A stretch of 63,342 bases of DNA, the filler included, from Myxococcota bacterium (GTDB lineage Bacteria > Myxococcota > Myxococcia > Myxococcales > Myxococcaceae): NCBI GenBank assembly GCA_049322255.1. It is 3 parts of 3 records of this genome, joined end to end, with 100 filler letters (N's around TTAATTAATTAA, not from the genome) between each part and the next. Parts side by side here need not be neighbours in the genome. Positions count along the whole stretch, not along the records: positions 49,405 to 63,342 come from JBMORE010000109.1; 2 more parts are not named here. One strand, 5' to 3'. The position numbers and the translations under genes were made by a program. Positions 59,091-63,342 of this stretch are shown here, in pieces. Each line of letters opens with the position of its first letter. Position 1 is the stretch's first letter. The notes under the pieces are model-generated. The model saw only the letters and a list, made by a program, of their open reading frames with translations, ran no database searches and was not told the DNA's origin.

Positions 59091-60170
59091 CTACAGAATT
59101 CCTTGTGCTCGCAACAGCTCCGCCACCAGCACCGCCCCCTTGGCCGCGCCCATCTTGGTGTTGTGGGACACCAGCACGTACTTGATGCCGTTCTCCAAGA
59201 CGCCGTCTTCGCGAATACGGCCCACGCTGGTCGCCATGCCGCCGTGGGTGTCGCGATCGAGCCTCGGCTGTGGGCGGAACGGGTCGTCGAGCACCTCGAT
59301 CCACCTCGGTGGAGCCGAGGGCAGCGTCCGCGCCACCTCCTCGCCCTTCCACTCGCGCAGGCAAGCGGCGACCTCCTGCGGCGAGGCCTTCTTCTCGAGC
59401 GAGACGAACACCGCCTCGGTGTGCCCCTCGAGCACCGCGACCCGGGTGCAGGTGCAGGAAACCTTCATCGCGTGCGGCGACACCGACGCTTCTTGCAGCA
59501 CGCCGAGTATTTTTTTCGTCTCCACCTCGACCTTCCCCTCTTCCTTGCTGATGTGGGGAATGACGTTATCCACGATGTCCAGCCCGACCACCCCGGGGCT
59601 GCGGCCGGCGCCGCTCATCGCCTGCATCGAGGTCATCAGCACCGCCTGCACCCCGAAGGCTTGATCCAAAGGCGCCAAGGTGATGGCCAAACCGGTGGTG
59701 GTGCAGTTGGGAATCGGCGCGATGAACCCCTCGAAGTGCCGATAGCGGCGATGCTCGCTGATGAGGCTGGCGTGAGCGGCATTCACCGGGGGGATGAGCA
59801 GCGGCACGTCCTCTTCGTAGCGAAAGGCGCTGGCGGTAGAGATGACGGGGATGTCGCGCGCCAGCTTGGGCTCGAGCTGTTTGGCTACGTCGGCCTCCAC
59901 CGCCGAGAAGGCCACGTCGAAATCCTTGCTGGAGACGGCCGCCCCGTCGAGCACCGTCATCTGGCCGATCGCTTCCGGCAACGGTTCGGGCACGAACCAA
60001 CCCCCCATGCCGTTGGGAGCCCGGAGCGCCTCGACGTAAGGCTTGCCTGCCGATCGGGGTGAGGCAGCCACCCCGGTAACCTCGAGGAAGGGGTGGTTCT
60101 GCAGCGCGACGATGAACTGCTGGCCCGCAAGGCCCGTGGCGCCAATCACGACCGACCGAAGCTTCTTCAT
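59091..60170 (-). CDS. asd: Aspartate-semialdehyde dehydrogenase
   Basis: Motifs IGATGLAGQ, PNCTT, QAMSGAG, CTRV...GH and SHNTKMGAA. Confidence 0.95.
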   Translation of the reverse strand: MKKLRSVVIGATGLAGQQFIVALQNHPFLEVTGVAASPRSAGKPYVEALRAPNGMGGWFVPEPLPEAIGQMTVLDGAAVSSKDFDVAFSAVEADVAKQLEPKLARDIPVISTASAFRYEEDVPLLIPPVNAAHASLISEHRRYRHFEGFIAPIPNCTTTGLAITLAPLDQAFGVQAVLMTSMQAMSGAGRSPGVVGLDIVDNVIPHISKEEGKVEVETKKILGVLQEASVSPHAMKVSCTCTRVAVLEGHTEAVFVSLEKKASPQEVAACLREWKGEEVARTLPSAPPRWIEVLDDPFRPQPRLDRDTHGGMATSVGRIREDGVLENGIKYVLVSHNTKMGAAKGAVLVAELLRAQGIL

Positions 60171-60203
60171 GCGCCGGGGGCTTACACGATTCTGCCGAGG
60201 CGA

Positions 60204-60557
60204 TCACCTCGAGGCGGTCGTCACCCCAGGGGGCCACCGCTCCCCATGGCGCTCGAGCGGATAGCCAGCGCGAATCCAACCGCGTAGCCCTCCTTCGAGA
60301 CAGACGGCCCGGTGGCCGCGCAAAAGAAGCAGCTGGCGGGCGCGCAGGGCGTCGAGGTCGTCGCGCTCCCACCCCACCAGGACAATCATCTCGTCGTCGG
60401 GAAGCACGTGGCTGTTCTGGGCGAGGTCGACGAGCGGCATGTGGAGCGCCCCGGGAATGTGCATCGCCACTGCCTCCCAGTCCTCCGGGGTTCGGCAGTC
60501 GATGACGACGACCTCTTCGTCGCCCAACAGGACCAAAAGCTCCCCGCAGCGGATCAT
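60204..60557 (-). CDS. Rhodanese-like domain protein
   Basis: Motifs VIDCR, HIPGALH and LEGGLRGW...GYP. Start uncertain. Confidence 0.85.
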   Translation of the reverse strand: MIRCGELLVLLGDEEVVVIDCRTPEDWEAVAMHIPGALHMPLVDLAQNSHVLPDDEMIVLVGWERDDLDALRARQLLLLRGHRAVCLEGGLRGWIRAGYPLERHGERWPPGVTTASR

Positions 60558-60680
60558 TCGAAGCCTCAGTGAAAAAACCGCCGAGCACGAGCCCGGCATT
60601 CGTCATTTTGGTTTCCCGGCGGGCGTTGGCCCACTCGTCAGGTTGTCGAGCAAAGAACCGTCCTGGTATCTCCTTTCGAC

Positions 60681-63230
60681 ATGCTCGCCATCGCCTCCTT
60701 CGTTCCGCTCGTGCTCGCCACGCCCTTCGCCCCCGTCTACGTCGATCGGCTCACCGCCCCAGGGGGAGAAGTCACCTTCGCGGCCGGCAGCCTCTCCGAT
60801 CCGCTCCCTGGAGACCTACGGGTGGCATCTCGCGCATATGCCCTCGCGCGGCGAGCCGAGCTGGGCCTGCCCGCCACCAGCACCCTGGGCGATGCGGAGG
60901 CGTTCGGCACCCGCTTCGGCGCTTCCTTCCATCTGCCTCAGCAGGTGGATGGCATCGACATCTTCGAAGCGCGGGTGGTGGTGACGATCGACAAGGAGCG
61001 CCGCGTGCGCCAGCTCGCCTCGAGCGCCGTGCGGTACACCCGCGCAGTGCTCGTCTGGCACCTGACGCCTGGCCAGGCGGTCGCCAAAGCGGCCGGCGTG
61101 GTGCCCTGGCCGGTGCTGACCGCCGACGGGACAGCGCAGGGGCGAAGCCGCCGCCAGCTCTTCCGCGTCAACGACGAGCTCCACGCCGGCTACTACGTCT
61201 CCATCCCCTCGGTGGACCCGACCGCCAACTGGTTGGTGGCGGTGAGCGCGGTCACCGGCGAGGTGCTCTTCGCCCGAAATCAGGTGTTCCACGCCGACGA
61301 TGCCGACGTCTATCCCCACAGTCCCGGGGGGCTGGATGCAGGCGTGGGCGTCACGCCGGTGACGCGCGTTTTGCTTCGACACGCGGATGGCGGGTCGATG
61401 GTGGGCCCCGGGGTTGCCACGCTTCCCAATGATGCCGGCCTGCTTTCCGGCACCCAGATCGACGCTTTCAACTGCTGCCCGAACCTGGGCTGCGACACCA
61501 GCGCTCCCGATGCCGGCCCGCGCATCGTCACCGGCGCTACCCAGTTCCAGGGGATCAACGTCAACTACGAGCTGGCGGTGTGCGACCGGGTGCAGCGCGC
61601 CTCGAACGACCCAGCGCTGCACTCCACCGGAGACTACGTCTACGCGCCCGTCGACTCTCCCAGCGGCGCGGTGACGCAGGCGAGCGCGAGCGACTCCGAC
61701 CCGTTCGCCGAGATCCACGCCTTCTACCATGTGAACCAGATCTACGACTGGGTACGCGGGCTGTCGGCCGCGGCGTCGCCGCTGTTTCCCGGCCAAAACA
61801 TTCCTCCCTTCCAGCTGCGGGACGAAAAGCGCCAGCCCGCACGCAAGCTCGCCGTGTGGGCCAACCTCACCATTCCCGACCTGCGAACCATCAATCTCGC
61901 CGACGTGCTGCTCACCGGCACCGCCCGCACCCGCTCGCTCACCCGGGTGGACAACGCTGCCTTCATGGCCCGCGAGAACTTCGCGCAGCTGCCCATCCCC
62001 GGCTTGGCGATGGACGTGGACACCGTGATGCTCTTCCAAGGCACCCGGGCCGACTTTGCCTATGACGCGCCGGTGGTGTGGCATGAGCTCGGGCACGCGG
62101 TCATCCACTCCACCGCCGGGTTTTCGGCGTTCGTGGTGGACGAGCGCTCGGCGAACCACGAAGGCGGAGCGCTGCACGAAGCGTTCGCCGACTACCTGGC
62201 GGCGGCCTTCGGCCAGCGCTCGCTCATCGGGGAGTACGTGGGGCCGCGCATCAGCGACCCAGGCGGCGGCGCCCAGCTCATTCAGGACATCGGCCTACGC
62301 AACGCGGACAACACCTACGCCTGCCCGGAGGTGCTCTGGGGCGAGGTGCACCAAGACGCCCAGCACTTCACCGGCGCCCTGTGGCAGGCGCGAACCGAGC
62401 ACTTCCTGGGCACCGACAATGGGCGTACCTTCGACGCCTCCGTCTACGCCGCGCTGGCGTCGATGACTCCAGGCACCTCCTTCGCCCAGGCAGCAGCGGC
62501 GCTCACCAACCATGTGGCGCTCGCTTTTTCCGGCGACTCCCAGGCGCGCCAGAAGATGGAGTCGATCTTCGACGCGCGCGGGGTGACCAACTGCTCCAAG
62601 GTGGTGGACGTCACCGGCGCCACCTCGCCGCGCCCGTACTACGGCATCGGCGGGCGGCAAGCTGCGGGGGTGACCACGGGCATCGTCCCCGGGCCGTACC
62701 AGATGAAGCTGTCGACTCCCAACGGCGCCGCCAGCGTGCGCATCTTGGCCCCTCTATCGAGCGGAGGCTTCGGCGGTGGCCAGCCGCCTCAGGTGCAGCT
62801 CTTGGCCAAAGTGGGCGCGCCGATCACCTTCACCCGAACCAGCACCGGTCTTAGCCACGACGCCGATCTCACCGCCGACGCCACCGACAACGGCAGCACC
62901 CTCACCGCCGAAGTTCCCATCGACGCCCCTTGCGGAGCTTCCTCCGAGGTCTTCTTCACCCTGGGCACCCCGAGCAGCGGCGGCGAGGCATTCAGAAACC
63001 TCACCATCGCCTTCACGCCCCAAAGCAGCTGCGGCACCGACGCGGGGACTGACGCCGGAGTGGCCGACGCAGGGGTGGTTACCCTCCCGGCCGTCGACGA
63101 GGGGGGCACCAGCGGCACCGGCCAAGTCCCCGCGGGTTGCGGCTGCGGCACCGGCGCGGACCTTGGCCTCTTTTCCCTGCTCGCGCTCCTGGGTTTTCTG
63201 ACCCGAAGAGCCACGACTCCACTTCCTTGA
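60681..63230 (+). CDS. MYXO-CTERM (myxosortase-dependent) M4/M36-like zinc metalloprotease
   Basis: Signal peptide and propeptide; HELGH with ALHEAFAD and GEVH; C-terminal GCGC + TM + RR. Paralog of 12606-15020. Confidence 0.88.
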   Translation: MLAIASFVPLVLATPFAPVYVDRLTAPGGEVTFAAGSLSDPLPGDLRVASRAYALARRAELGLPATSTLGDAEAFGTRFGASFHLPQQVDGIDIFEARVVVTIDKERRVRQLASSAVRYTRAVLVWHLTPGQAVAKAAGVVPWPVLTADGTAQGRSRRQLFRVNDELHAGYYVSIPSVDPTANWLVAVSAVTGEVLFARNQVFHADDADVYPHSPGGLDAGVGVTPVTRVLLRHADGGSMVGPGVATLPNDAGLLSGTQIDAFNCCPNLGCDTSAPDAGPRIVTGATQFQGINVNYELAVCDRVQRASNDPALHSTGDYVYAPVDSPSGAVTQASASDSDPFAEIHAFYHVNQIYDWVRGLSAAASPLFPGQNIPPFQLRDEKRQPARKLAVWANLTIPDLRTINLADVLLTGTARTRSLTRVDNAAFMARENFAQLPIPGLAMDVDTVMLFQGTRADFAYDAPVVWHELGHAVIHSTAGFSAFVVDERSANHEGGALHEAFADYLAAAFGQRSLIGEYVGPRISDPGGGAQLIQDIGLRNADNTYACPEVLWGEVHQDAQHFTGALWQARTEHFLGTDNGRTFDASVYAALASMTPGTSFAQAAAALTNHVALAFSGDSQARQKMESIFDARGVTNCSKVVDVTGATSPRPYYGIGGRQAAGVTTGIVPGPYQMKLSTPNGAASVRILAPLSSGGFGGGQPPQVQLLAKVGAPITFTRTSTGLSHDADLTADATDNGSTLTAEVPIDAPCGASSEVFFTLGTPSSGGEAFRNLTIAFTPQSSCGTDAGTDAGVADAGVVTLPAVDEGGTSGTGQVPAGCGCGTGADLGLFSLLALLGFLTRRATTPLP

Positions 63231-63274
63231 CGCTTCAAAACCTCGGTGCATATAAGCCCGTGGCCTTCGCTTTC

Positions 63275-63342
63275 GGCGCCATAGCCAAGTGGTAAGGCAA
63301 GGGTCTGCAAAACCCTCATTCCCCGGTTCGAATCCGGGTGGC
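63275..63342 (+). tRNA. tRNA-Cys (GCA), 3' end cut by the window edge
   Basis: GGCGCCA-TA-GCC-AAGTGGTAA-GGC; anticodon arm AGGGT-CTGCAAA-ACCCT; T arm CCCGG-TTCGAAT-CCGGG. TTGACG and TATAAG lie upstream. Confidence 0.96.

Overview
GC-rich myxobacterial (Myxococcales-like) DNA made of three contigs joined by artificial N/TTAATTAATTAA/N spacers (24827-24926, 49305-49404), so adjacency across the spacers is not real. Contig 1 (1-24826) holds the pomY-pomZ-pomX cell-division positioning operon, a CHASE2 adenylate cyclase, a VapBC pair, two degraded nucleotidyltransferase-type TA-like modules, a MYXO-CTERM metalloprotease, a secreted tandem AhpD protein, a transglutaminase-elicitor-like protein, rnz, hppA and atoE. 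Contig 2 (24927-49304) holds a sigma54 two-component system heading a CzcCBA/CusCBA-type efflux operon with His/Cys-rich accessory proteins, a PilZ-PilZ-Ser/Thr kinase, four consecutive lipoproteins, and a decayed mobile region (heptamer repeats, IS91/ISCR-like fragments, MNT-HEPN pair). Contig 3 (49405-63342) holds a probable IS630 end, a dif-like site, a HAD hydrolase, hrpB, a second VapBC pair, a GT2/CADD/GNAT cluster, fdxA, asd, a second MYXO-CTERM metalloprotease and tRNA-Cys. Best leads: a REP doublet translated in frame inside a compact PomY; a shared N-terminal lipoprotein module (CExF..L...YCANTGSTTxAC) on two unrelated propeller proteins; a structured RNA leader at about 39350-39435; the metal-chaperone-like accessory set; and the dif-like site. 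All calls come from motif recognition by eye; no database search was run.
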